A stretch of DNA of 62,445 bases, filler included, from Choristocarpus tenellus KU-1152 (taxonomy: Eukaryota > Protista > Phaeophyceae), in the NCBI GenBank assembly GCA_964200185.2. It is 13 parts of 13 records of this genome, joined end to end, with 100 filler letters (N's around TTAATTAATTAA, not from the genome) between each part and the next. Parts side by side here need not be neighbours in the genome. Positions count along the whole stretch, not along the records: positions 33,698 to 38,010 come from CAXNAD020015158.1; positions 38,111 to 46,057 come from CAXNAD020005353.1; positions 46,158 to 53,133 come from CAXNAD020006936.1; 10 more parts are not named here. One strand, written 5' to 3'. Positions 37,921 through 51,233 of the stretch are shown one piece after another. Position numbers and translations under genes: made by a program. The notes under the pieces were generated by a model that had not been told where the DNA came from, searched no databases, and saw nothing but the letters and a program-made list of their open reading frames with translations. Position 1 is the stretch's first letter. Each line of letters opens with the position of its first letter.

Positions 37921-40896
37921 TATCCCACACTGTAGAATAATAATATGGTAGTTCATGTATGGTACGGACCTGATATTTGATCATCAGTTGATGTATCATG
38001 TATGGCACGTNNNNNNNNNNNNNNNNNNNNNNNNNNNNNNNNNNNNNNNNNNNNTTAATTAATTAANNNNNNNNNNNNNNNNNNNNNNNNNNNNNNNNNN
38101 NNNNNNNNNNGTGTGGGTGTGGGGGGGGGGGGGGGGGGGGGGGGGGGTTGCAATAGTTGAGGATACTGCCTTCGATAGCAGTTCAATCTTAGAATAGGTT
38201 TAGGGTTACTAATACTTCAATGAACTGGATAGATTTTTTCAGTATTTATTTTAATTTGGAGTGCTGCACAGCTTTGACTAAGATGTCTGTTGATAGGGAT
38301 TGTAATAATAATAATAATAATACTGTTTAGGGTCAGGGGTGGGGTTAGGCAATCAGAAATTCAATCTGAGGTAAATATGAGGGGGGAAATTGAGAATGAC
38401 ATGAATAGGGTATACCATGTGGGGAACACTTGGAAGACCCTTTTTAGGGTATATTTTATATTTTGTGTCTTGGTGAAGAGTTTAACTGAGATGAGTAACT
38501 CTAACCCTAAGTTTAACTGAGATTATTGGCAGTTACCTAATTTTGATAATGTCGGCATGGTGACTTTTTTTAGGGTGATGTGGTACTAATTATCTCGTAC
38601 AATTCCTTAGTTTGGTCTCTATTGGCACTGGGTCTGCCAAGAGATGGTGTGCAATTTCTGGTGGTAACTAACATGGTTTGGTTGGCACTAGAGTTGGTTT
38701 ATCCAAGCGATTTTATTGCATTTTTTTAATGTGATTGTTTTGTTGGTCACTTTCGTGAGTCTGTGTGCACTTGAGATTCATCACTACGGGTACATCTCTA
38801 CCAAAGTAGTCTGACGGCACATGGGGGGTAGATCAAGAGAGTCCACTGTCAATTATTGGGGTGTATTCACTACAGCACAGATTGGTCTTGATGGCAGTAA
38901 TGGTATTAATATTGTATTTTCTATTTTTCTACTACCATCTTACAACATGAGAGGCCACTTTTTACCGTTTTTGGTTGGGATGATCTACTAGTAGTCTACC
39001 CTAACCCTAGCCCAGATATGAGTTTTAGAAAAAGGACATCAAAAATTAAAAAGAAGAGAGTGAGGCGCTATTAATTATACTAAACATTTATTACACTGAC
39101 TACATACTACTGACATACATCACAGAAACCTGATCGTGTTTTGGTGGAACTTCTTTATTTTTCCCTAGTTAGGGTTAAGCTTAAAGCCTCTTTGGTAAGT
39201 GGTGTGACCCACAAGTGACCACAAAAGGTTTGGGCATTGTAATACCACTATCAGTGGAAGTAGCAGTAGTAGTAGTGGAAATTGTATAATAATAATATTT
39301 TGTAGTATAGAGTAAAACAGTTTTTTGTCAGGGTAGAAATCCTTGTACTGCTTTTGACTTGCTGACCAAGAAGGGTCCAGTGAGATACCTTTATAACTCA
39401 AGCTCAGTAAAAGGTACACCTTAATTGTTCCATGTTTGCCACTGATCTGTTGGTAATGAACTTAAGCCGATTCCCATCCCCTGTAGGTTTGATATGAACA
39501 TAATACTTGGATGTTGCTGTTGACAATTCTTAAGTCTGGATGACATCTTTTTTTTATTAGTGTACCTTTTTCTTTTTTTGTAACAGTCTTTTAACCATGG
39601 TGCTCTTTTTTGTGATCAGGATACAGCCAGTCGACACCATGGTATGCTGAGGGGTATGTGTGATAGTGGATCGGTCACTCCAAGTCAGGTATGGGTATGA
39701 TGTAGGAGAGTGGAATAGGGGTCAAACAAGTAATATCTTATTCCCTTTTCTGCCCCTTTCCTTACAATGCCTCTACTACTACTAATAATAGTAATAATAA
39801 TAAGGTATACGACGACTGGAGTGTGAGTATATGTCTGTTTATGTTACAGTAATTCTTGATGTTTATAGGAGAAGTGTAATATGTTGATGTTGGTGGTTGT
39901 ATTTTGTGTATCCAGTTTGGCTACTTGAGGAGATAGGCAGTTCTTTCTTGTTCAAATTTTATTTGCTGAGGTGATGCTGCTTATCTAGAATTATATTATT
40001 GCACTCATGTAGCTATTTTCGTCATTCTCCATTGATTTTAAATTGACAAGTGAACCCTTCTAGAATATTCTGAGCTACAGAGTGCCATGTGTGTTCCTAC
40101 AGACTGCCTTGCCTGTGCAATACTACAAGTGTTTATTCTTCCTGTCAGGTAGGGGGACTGGATATAGGATAGATTCAAATTCTTCTCTTTTGGATTATAA
40201 TACTGTATTTTGTATACTGGAAATACAATACCATTGTCTACCGATATGTTAATGCTGTGGGACTATTGGGTTTGGGTTAGGGTTTGTCTCCTGTTGCCAT
40301 CAAATATTGAACTGACTTCTAGGAAGGATAGTTCTTTAGTATCATCATCAATGTGTATGTTCTGTGTCACTGTACAGGATAGAGATGCTGCAGAAGGTGG
40401 TAACATGTGTATCCCTAACCCTAACACCTCGAGTGATTGTTATTTATATCAATAATAATGCCTATATTTGTGTATTTTTATTTTGTGGGGTCTCTCTGAT
40501 ACAGTTTGTTGTGGGCTATTGGTGCAGTGATACATGTAACTGCAAAAAACAGAAAAATAATAATACTGTTGTTGGTATGGGTGAATTGTACATAATAATA
40601 CTGTTATTCGTATGGGTGAATAATAATAATAATTGTAATAAGATTTCTTTTCTGAATTTTGACAGAGAATTGTACAAAAGTAGCGTTAACCCTAACCCTA
40701 AAGTTATTCCTTTTCTTTTCAAAGATTGACTCTACTAGTGGTAATGTTCCTCCTAATGGTGTCTAATGGTGTGCTGTATTGTGTAAGAGTGGCTGGCAGT
40801 ATGATGTTATGTGTGATTGATGCCACACATCCTTTATACCTGTAGCTCTTACCCTAACCCCAGCCCTTTTGCTGCACGATTATTGGCTTGATCTAG

Positions 40897-43800
40897 GCCC
40901 AGGGGTTGGTCAAGGCTACGGCGGGCCTTCACTGTCTGGTGCTGCTCATGGACTTCTTTGACCTGGCACAGCAAAGGGAGTGAGTGTGCCATTCTAGAAT
41001 GACAATAGTAAAAAAAAAAATGTTAAAGTATTATTGTACTGATAATTGGTGCATTGTATTGTAGACACTAGACCTGTCCGATGCGATGCACCCTAACCCT
41101 AACCCTAACTATTAGTGTCATACTGAACTCTACTCCCATGCGGTATGCTCTAAGGGGTACAGCCTTTTGGTTTATGAGTGTTTCTGTAGCCCTGCCTGCA
41201 ACATTTGGCACCACACCATATTATTACAGCGATCAATATTGTAGTATTAATGCAACAGAGTACTTGAAGTCCTTGAAATTGTGGGAGATAGTGATTATGC
41301 TCAATGGTTGTTCTTGTGTATTAACTACTTAACAATAGTTAATGGTGGTAACTAGTGTACCAATGAATGGTTAAAGGTTTGATATCTTTCACTCACGAGT
41401 AGTTGATTATGATGGGTTTTTTCATACCCAAAGCTATGTATTGGGTTGTGAGCCCATATTATTTGTCCCTACAAGCTACAAGCTTGTCAGCTGGACAAGA
41501 TTTTCAATTAATTCAATTGACCTGTTGACACATGAGGCGAAACGGAGCACAGCTCGCTGAGTGCTACATGGCGCCACAGGGCGAATACTTCACAGGTCTC
41601 AGCAGGCAGAACTGAATCATGAAGAGTCAAGTAATGATGAGTTGTGGGTGGTGATGTGATGTGATGTGATGTGATGTGATGTGATGTGATGTGACCCCCC
41701 AACACGTTCAGTAGTAGTTGCGCTTCTGTTTTATTGTGAAAAAAAAAAGAATAACCAAATAGCCATATTTTTCAGTTGGGTTATCTGTTTACTCTGATCA
41801 ATCAAACTGAAGTCAATTTAACTGTCACGATCCCTGACGCTAGTTGTGTAGTATAGTATTGTAGAGTGTATTTAGTGTAGTGTGAGAGTTGATTGAGAGT
41901 GATAGGTAGTGGAGGATGATATTTGACAACTATGACAGTTGATGAGGTGCACTGTTGACAGATATCCTGATCGTTATGGTCAGTCTTGGTATTCTAGGTG
42001 TAACCCTTGTGAAGCAATTCTTGGTTATTACATTGCATTGTATGGAGAGGTACATGTTCTTAGCATTGGTCGCCCTTGGGTTCAGAGTGAATTTATGGGT
42101 TTTATGTTTTAAATTTACAAGTGGATGTTATTCTCTTGATAATCCATGAACAGGTTGATTATTGCCGCTCAATGTGCCTCTGCCATGATTTTCATTAACA
42201 CTCAAACCATTATTTATGCACTTGACATCCATGGAATCGCCCTACTGCTTATGCTACTGATAATGACTTGTGTGTCCATCTTTTCTTCCCCATGTGTGTT
42301 GTAGTGTCCCCTCCAGGGGTGGGTCTGCATACCTAGTATTTTATCATCGTTTGCCTACCTTTTATTTTAGAGATGACATAACATCATTTTATTTTTTAAC
42401 TGTTAATAAGTAACTGTCTGAGATGATGTTATGTCTTTGATATGGTAGCAGGTGTTTCTTCTGACATTTGAAGGGTGCTTTTGTACCTTGTTTGGCACAT
42501 TGCATTTTAGAGGGGTAAGGCTCCTCCCCTAGAGGTTTTTGAAAAGTATCACAAGGTTTAGGGTTAGGGTTAATTGCTCACAAAGCTTTTAAAACGTGTT
42601 GTCTCTTAATGAGACAATTAACTTATTCCACACAGGAGATAGGACAATTTGTTGACATTACAGTTGCAGTTTTACTCAAGTAGCAGGTGATCAGTTGTCA
42701 TTAGGAGGTCATTGGAGTGGTTGCATGCTGTGCATGTTAGAGTGAGTTAACGCTTCGGGATAGATTTTTGATGATTAGCTGCCCCAAGGGACTAAACCTC
42801 TAGTTCTCAAATCGACCTTGGATGGCCTTCCATTGTGCCAACTTCTCTAGGTTTACTGTAAGTCAAATCAAATCTTATAGTAGGCTATGTAAAGACCATA
42901 TTGGTTCATAGTAGTTTGTGTGTGTGTTCACCCCATGGCAGGTTAGACCAGGCACTTGTGAAGCTGGAGGCTGCAGGATTGCTCCCTCGATCGATGGAAG
43001 ATGTCAGTCAAGTGGCATATAGACTCAGGAGCATGGGCATTGATGATGCCTTGAGGGCTTGCCTGGATCAGGTGATGTGATGTATGTGATGTGGTGCAGC
43101 TTTGTGTTGCTGAGAAAATTCTGAGAAATATCCAACCTTACTACGGTCTCTTTGTCTGCTTTTCTTCGGCATGGTATTATTTTTTGAGGCAATAATAATA
43201 ATAAAAATTCTGGAAAGATGCAGTCAAGTAACCTTTTTTTTCTATGGTGTGTGTGTTGTCTTGTGGTGATGTCAAGAGTAATGGTAAAATTCTATATATA
43301 TGTGTGTGTGTGTGTGCTTTATTGTATAGATTTATCCATATACTCTTGAGAAAGTGTTTGTAAAGTGAAGCGAAAAAACGTATTTTATTGTGTGTAGTAT
43401 CAGGAAGGCTTTTTCCTGCTTATCGCGCCGATGAACAGCCCACAAATTGCATGTAATAAGTAAACTGTTGTGGCTTCTTTTTGATGGCCACATGCATTGG
43501 GGCCATTAATAGATTGAATTGCCAGTATTATGCATGCAGTAGTAAAAGGTGCATGAGGTGAGAGTTACAAAGTACAGATAAAGTACTATTCTGTGATGGT
43601 TTACCAGCATAAGAAAAGCAGTCAGAATTTTGCTAATATTTTGTATGCTCCACCCCTTTTGGTATCCAGGTTATGGTAGCGGCCATGAGGTGCATTAGGG
43701 ATAGACACGTATATGCTCAACAGCAAATGATGGCCTCCAGGGCAGTGGATGCAGATGAATGGAAAGCACTGGCTACAAAGGTGTATGGGTGGTCTCCTCG

Positions 43801-44745
43801 ATAATGTACTATAAGTTGAACTCATACGGTAGGGTTTACATCTCACGTTAGTAGTGACTCTTTTATTTTTATCCTTAAGGTTGGGGTTGAGGCTAGGAAA
43901 ATGTATAGTATGTCTACTATCCTATACACCAAAGTACACTAGCATTAAAGGGCCGTTTTAATAGAGTTTCTAGCCCTGGTTATCTGTCAGGCGCCCACCT
44001 GTGTGCTCTCTCTTTTTGCTGTGAAAGTCTCAATTGTCATAGGAAGTTTCATCATTTTGATGGCTTTGAGGATGAATGTAGCCAGTGAGACTAAAGTGTC
44101 GCTGTTTTTTACCATTATATTTAGTTGTTTTGGCAAGTTAGGATTAGGGTTATGGATAGAATGTTAAGGTATGTGTACTCTCTGCTGAGAGGGAGATGTA
44201 TGTGTATGTTGACACATGTGTTTCATAAGATATAGTGTGTTTTATGCTGTGTCCCAAAATTCTGAATCTTCAATAATTTATCTTTAATTTTTGGTCTTAA
44301 CATGTGCACAGATTGACAAGGGATAGTGTTAGGGTACGATATTTGGATATTTGGTGGAATAAAATTGAACTTGTGCTCTCCCAGAAAAGTCTTCCATTGA
44401 GTTGCCTTTTTTGGTTTAGTGCAAAGGAGTCTTCATACACTTTTTTTTTTCCCTGTCATATCTGAGGCCCTATTTAATTACAACATACAGTGCCTTCTTT
44501 AATCAACCCTAACCCTCAACCCAATGCAATAAATAAAGAATAAAGAGTCGTTAACACAAGAGATGCAAAGGCTATGTACTGCCTCCCCTTACCTCTCCCA
44601 CTGCTTCCTTGGTTTATGTAAGGTGTTGGAAGATCTGCAACTGAAGGCCAAGCTTCTCGTTAGTCTTGCTGGAAGACTGACAAGATTGCTGCCAGAGGGG
44701 ACAGCTGGTCGCCTCAGTCGCATGGAGACAGTCATGGTCACATGA
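40897..44745 (+). CDS. NUP93: Nucleoporin NUP93/NIC96, last four exons: 40897-40979, 42942-43071, 43670-43780, 44623-44745
   Basis: Spliced with consistent GT-AG phases (2, 0, 0): LHCLVLLMDFFDLAQQRELDQALVKLEAAGLLPRSMEDVSQ...DALRACLDQVMVAAMRCI...LQLKAKLLVSLAGRLTRLLPEGTAGRLSRMETVMVT*, paralleling the Nup93 C-terminus pattern (FFD..A..L.L.P; VLLATM; A..L..FAG..T.ARL..ME..M). Confidence 0.82.
41651..41693. repeat. (GTGAT)n pentanucleotide microsatellite, about 8 units
   Basis: Directly visible. Confidence 0.95.
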
Positions 44746-47392
44746 TAGATGTTGACATGTTGATGGTAGTTTTGGAATGAGGTTGTGCATTGGCAATTGA
44801 GGGAGGTGCAATATCGATACCACTGTTTCTTGAGGAGGGGTGACATACCAACTGTCTTAACCTTAGCATCACTCAAGGCAATGACCTTACCGGATCGAAG
44901 TGTTGTCAGCACTATTGGTACAGAGTGTGCCAAGAAAAGGTTTGTTGAAGAACTGTAGGGAGGCTGTGATGTTGGGTGCTAGGCACAGTAGATTGATTGG
45001 CAACCACTGCTACATATTATTAGGGTGCAGCTTGTTATGGTGAAGTGCGCCTGCCATTGTGAGAATAACAAATGACAGGTGGTTGTGGTGGTTTTACTGC
45101 CGTTATCATACTATTAATAACTGTACATGAAAATGGAATGGTTCGAGGTATGACCAATATGTCATTCAGCAAATGTTTGCACTTTGCGACTTGAATCATT
45201 ATCTCGTTCACATGCTGAATATGACATGGTGACTGTCAACTGGTATCTTTTGTTATATATTTTTGTGGTAACCATCAACTACTTGTTTCGGTCCTGGCTC
45301 TGAGCACTCCTCTTAGGAGGTGCTCACAAGGAGTCTCCGATCTGCATTTGAGGGTGAAGTCTTGGTTGATTGTAGTATTTTTTTGTTATTTATCAGGAAG
45401 AGTGATTCAAGACAGTGTGCACTTGCCCATCTCCCAGAATAAGCACCCCCACCTGTGTTATTTGTTGTAGATAATTTTGTTTGAGGTTGTTGCATTACCT
45501 TGCTTACCGTTTTTGTCTTTTTTAATTGTATGTTTGTTCAAGTTGTGTTAGTGAAGATACCTAGAAATATACCGATACTCTCTGAAGCACATTACAACGG
45601 CCACGGGAGTAAACATGACCAGAAAATCGACGGCGTGCCCATTTTGAGGAGAAATCGGAGTTCCTGCCAACCATATATAAGGGTTTTACACGGAACCGGC
45701 CCGCAGCTCAGTCCCATCACATTTTTGTGAAATCTCTCCACCAGGTACTGTCAATTTGTATTGCCCTTCTAAGGCTGTGGTAAATCACATTTTGTCAGGG
45801 TGGCCCTGTCAAAAACATTACGATATATGAGTCTAAGTGGTTCAGACTGATTACTGTTTATCTGTAGTGTACACTATCGATGTGTAGTACGCTGTATTAT
45901 AATTATTCCATAAAATTGTTAACCAAAAAATCTAACCAAATAATACCGATGAACAAACAAGTGCTAAGACATTTCCCAATTATTTTTTTGTACTATGAAT
46001 GTTCTACAACTAGTGTATGTATTCCAGAAATAAAGACCCAAAGTATCTGGGAAGGGGNNNNNNNNNNNNNNNNNNNNNNNNNNNNNNNNNNNNNNNNNNN
46101 NTTAATTAATTAANNNNNNNNNNNNNNNNNNNNNNNNNNNNNNNNNNNNNNNNNNNNAAGACCGTTTTCGCAAAAAAACCATCCTCATAGTCTCGCGCCT
46201 TCCTCAATTTTGAGATTCCCCTGATAAATGCGTAAAACTGCTGATAACAACAATACACTTCCTACTGGGAACATACGCTTGTGGTCTACAGATCATTTCA
46301 AGGTCAAAGATTCCGAGGGGACTTGGAATGGAGGGTTCTCTCTGTTGTTATTCGTACTGTTACGCCCTTTGACATCTTTGCATATGCGTCAGGGAAAAAC
46401 CAGAGCCCTATCACAAGGAGAGCTGTTGAATAAATATCGTATCAACCTGTTAAGGAGCATTGCCGAGATTAAACCTACCAGATCCAAAACATCCCTCGCA
46501 GTTACCGTTATTATCAAAGAGTCATGTCGAAAAATCTCTCCACTCAAACTAATGTATAGTCATCCCATTCCACCAAGTAGTGCCGATTTCCAATCAAGTC
46601 AATGGATATAACTTCGCCGCTAAATTCTCTGCCGATGGGGCTACATTCCTTGGGTTGTTACTAATTGCCTTCGTCTAGTTATTGTCTATGGTTGAACGAC
46701 GATAATTCCTTATCTCCATTTCCTAATGCTGTCAACGTCAGTCAACTTCGTACAAAATATATATTATTTTTTCTAATCGCACACACTACTGGACTACTAT
46801 ACACTTCTCTCTTATACAACTTGTTTCAACTATCAATAAATAAAAATTATAATTCCAGAAAGATACTAGGATCTCTAGAGCACAAAGAAATAGGGTAGTT
46901 GGCTTGTACCTCCCTAATTAACTTGCTCTGACACATCCAAATTAAAGGGGTACAACAACATCCGGTAAAATTTAGGACATACGCAGTAAAGATTTAGGGA
47001 GATTGTGGGAGGAGTGCGAAAAATTGAAAAGGACGGTACAAATCTTAAGTTTATCACAAGATCTGGAACACGTTGAAAGGAACGGTTCAGAAATAGAGAT
47101 TGAATGGTACAGGTGTTAACCATATCATGTCTTCCCCTTCATCTCAACATAGAACAGGAAGAAAGACATGCAAAAAGATGGTTACTGATGATTTACACGC
47201 CAAGTCTGCTGACCACAAGCAGGTTAGGTTGGGTCAAACAACTCCCTTGACACAACACGAGTCCGTAGTACAAAGCAGTGGATTACCTTTCTGCAATCTA
47301 TGCAACTATATCACCTAGACATCAATAACAATCCGCCAAAAAAAGCATCTTTTTTTGTGGACTTCACTTTGTCTAGACTTTATTCCAAGTTC

Positions 47393-47550
47393 AAAAATTT
47401 CCTTTGATACCATTTGATGCTGAAAATACAAATATTATCATGTCATACATCCATAAAATTATAGAAGTTCGAAAATCTCCTTTCATATCATTTGATGGTG
47501 ACAATACAACTATGATCGTATCATAAACCCATAAAATTGTCGTCATCAAA
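47393..47550. repeat. Diverged ~79-bp tandem duplication
   Basis: cctttgataccatttgatgctgaaaatacaa...ccataaaatt versus cctttcatatcatttgatggtgacaatacaa...ccataaaatt. Confidence 0.75.
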
Positions 47551-49054
47551 ATCGAGAAACAAAAGTGCAAAACTTCGACAACAAAACAGTTCCATGTTAC
47601 CACAAAAAACTTCGGTATATAATTCTGCAACGAGGAACTGATTCCTGTGCAACAGGTTATCTGACACTACATGTTTACCATAACCTAAGGTCTTCACATA
47701 ATATTCAAAATGTCCGCATTTGCAACAAAGGTCCACAGACTTAAGTCATATTTGACAGATTTCAAATGGCATATTCAATTGACCATTCTGTAACGAATGT
47801 AACATGAAAGAAGTTTGGAACCTTTTTCAAGAGTGACAAGATAGTTTACAAAATAAAATATTAACTTTTTGGAACTACAAAATGAAATACAGAAAATAAC
47901 GTACTAAGAAACATACCTACAGAGGTGCTTTCTTTCGAGTTAAACTAATACCAACAAAATTACCGACGAAGAACTCATTCTGCATACAGTAAAACCTTCC
48001 TCCAACACATATAAAAACATGCAACAAACGAGGGACAACATGAAACACCAAACTGTTCTTATAGTTTCTTATTCTCTCTGCAGCGTAACAAATCCTACTG
48101 CACTTCATGAAGACATCTCCCCAATACTATACAAAACGAAAAAGGGACCTCTGTTGAGCCAACAAATCTTATCCCAAAAAACGAGAGCAGTGTAAAATTT
48201 GCCACGAGAATCACAACCCAAAAAGATGACAAATAATACGTATGGTCATGCCCTCATTGCAACAATACAGGGCTACACACTTCCTTTAACACAATTCCAT
48301 GTAAGTGTTATTTAAGCACAAACTTGCCTTATTCATAGCCTTTCCAGCTTCTTACATGTCTCACACATGAAACAACCACATGTAGATATACCCTAGAGCA
48401 AGAGAGATGAAGATGTCTTATGTATACCATTGACGAACGCAACTTGGAGGGAAAAGGGTGGAAGAAAAGCTCCAGCTGGTCACACAACAAATCCAGTCAC
48501 AAAAGACCAACAGTGCACCCATGAACACTCTTTCTCCTTACAACCAAGTATCGTACTTATTTTTAACAACTTCAACCTTGTTTTGATAGAGCATGCACAG
48601 AAACTTGACACATGCTTATCTATTAAGCAACGCAACAAAGTTTCTTTAGTATTACAAATTGTGTAAGGGTTGGAACTTGCAGAAGAGAGGTGGGGAAAAT
48701 ATTACCTGCTGAAAGCAAAATGCCACATATAACCACCAAACCTATCGTATTCTCTTCTCCCCAGTTGGAAGACAACATTGAAGTGCTCAAACTAGAACAT
48801 AAAACATAAAAATCTACAACATGGGCACATGTTACATCGCTTGTTTAAGAGAACAATATGGAAACATATAATGTTTGGGGGGCTAACAAGCACATCTAAG
48901 CCTAAAGATACCCAATTCAAAGCCTCCAAGGCCTCCAAACGATTCATCCCCGAGCCCTACACCAGAGCAAAACACAGGATATTTGCCACTCCAGTAACCT
49001 TTCAGCAAAATATGGTGTACAAACATACTTCCACACATGCTTTAAATCACGTGC

Positions 49055-51233
49055 TCAGGGTACAGTGGAGAGGGGTGCTGCCGTATTCATATCCTTTAGC
49101 TTGTCAAGGACATCAGGAGGGGGGGTTGCTGGAGCAACCTTTGAAATTGAGTTGGAGGCCATAGTGGAAGCTGGCGAAGGGCTGGCACCTGTGGCTGGAG
49201 TACTGGTAGCCGTACCTGGGGTACCTCCTTCTGCAGCAGCCTGGGCTCGCTCCTTCAGGGAAGCTGTATCTGCCACACCCTGCACATGAAAAATTAAAAG
49301 CTGTCTATGAGTGGTTTAGAGGAAAGACCTTAAGAATAGAGAGGCTCAAAATACCATCGAAAATCAAAACATTTGATGTTCATACGCATAATTGCACAAT
49401 GAAAATGTCTTATTTAAGGAATAAAAGGTTAAGGAAATTAATGGAAAAAGTTGACAGGAGGAAAATGATGCAGAAGTATAGAACGTAAGAATATGAAAAT
49501 GCTTACAGGCAACTGTTCAGTTTCAAGAATAGCTTAACCATCAAGTTTGTGTAACAATGCATTCCATCTCAAACCTTCAAATCTCAGATAGGAATGTTCA
49601 CATGAAGAGATTACTCAGTGTATACTGTGTCTCAGCACACAGGGCAAACTTCCTAGATATCTAATGTGACAATGTACTAGGACAAATAGATCAAGAGAAT
49701 TTACGGGCAAAATAAGAACAAATATAGTCAACCTAGTGCAATCCACTTGTAACATGTGCTAGTCTTGCTCTTTCTAATATTTTCACCTTGATGCATGCAG
49801 TTGGGTCCAGGGTTAGGCTCATGCACATGATGTCTCCAAGCATTACCCCATTCTTCTTGATCTATACATGTGTGTGAATTTACGGCAATGTTAGGGAGCC
49901 CAAGTAATAATTATGTCTTACATACAAAGGTATCAAAATGTTCTGACATTGTGCTTGATGTGACACCTTACCCACATACCAATTAAATATGAAGGTGCCA
50001 TTAAGGTTAAGCAAAACATTTGATTGAGACACACCTTCACAGTTCTGGCGCAGACATTGCCCCTGACGATCCCTTCAACATAAACCTCCTGTGGATAGTA
50101 GTCGACAACACATCGATCATAACACCGTGGCTTATCAGTTACACTTAGAGTATTTGAGAGAGTACGACATTAAATCCATGAAATAATTTTTCTACGGCAC
50201 CTATCAAACACCGTGGAGTTGTACAATTTACTAATATATGAGACACCACTACTGTTACGGAGTCCTGGAAGAAAGGAATTACAAGAATCCTCCGAGTACG
50301 CTCTACATCCAGTCTCCTATCCAGGCAAAGTTGTGCTATTTGGTTTCGATATTCGTATGGATGGTATTACGAAAAGAACAAAGGTTAATTATCCCCCGAT
50401 TGATATTCTCTGGGGTATGTGTTTCAGGCACGAAACTATTAAAGGCAAGCCTTGCAAAATTTTAAAACGTCCAATCCTTATTCATTTATCCACAAGTCAA
50501 CACTGCCAGGGATGTAAGGGTATTTAAGATTTAACAATTTAATACGCGTACCTCCATGTTCTTGAGGTCCCCAACCACCTCCCCAGTTGGTCCAACCACT
50601 AGACTCCCTTTGTTGGTAATGAGATCCCCCTCGAACCGGCCATCAACGCGCAAAAGACGGTTGAACTGCAGTTCACCCTTCATCTTCAAGGTCTCAGCAA
50701 CGACTGACTCGGGCTTCTGCTCAGGAAAGCATGACGCAGGGTTTATCATGTAGAAGATCCGCAAAATGTAATAAAACGCAGGAATATTTAGGTCAGATAT
50801 GGTTTCAACTCAAGAGTGCTCCACAATCTAAACAATTCTGACTAGAGTCATCGTCCTTCACAAGGAGATACGTCAAACACATCGAAAAAGTGAATAGAAT
50901 CATCCCTTCTCCAGATCAAAGTAGGGAAAGAACCAACAGTCATTTAGACCGTCAACAGCGGTGACAGCAAAATGACTCACAAAAGCATCATATTCAGAAA
51001 AGTACCTGATCAAGGAGAGTAGAAGCCATACTTGAGGGCTGCGCAGCCTGAGGCATAGAGATGGGAGGTGGCTTACTCTTTTCTTCGACGATAGGCGGGA
51101 AATCCCTGGTTGAATTCCACGCAGATTGTGTTACTGTCACAGGACTGGGGGCACGCCCTGGGTAGTTGGCCGTCTGCTGGCTTGCTGCTCGGGGCGTGCT
51201 GTTTGTCTTCTTCTTGAAGGTGGGAATAGGCAT
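49055..51233 (-). CDS. Bactofilin (polymer-forming cytoskeletal, CcmA-like) domain protein, ~248 aa; five exons: 51233-51006, 50716-50552, 50088-50035, 49861-49787, 49279-49055
   Basis: All four introns GT-AG and phase 0, frame open to TGA. Domain KPESVVAETLKMKGELQFNRLLRVDGRFEGDLITNKGSLVVGPTGEVVGDLKNMEEVYVEGIVRGNVCARTVKIKKNGVMLGDIMCMSLTLDPTACIKG has the bactofilin beta-helix repeat pattern, with low-complexity tails on both sides. An additional 5' exon cannot be excluded. Confidence 0.88.

Noticed and set aside
38600-40410. Additional upstream NUP93 exons (e.g. ~39620, ~40378)
   Set aside because: Candidate AG/GT-bounded segments could not be joined with convincing homology.
46230-48200. Possible chromo/Tudor-like (HYLVEWDDY) and Cys-rich (CIDCRKVIHC) remnants on the minus strand
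   Set aside because: Isolated motifs among many stops; no coherent ORF or exon chain.
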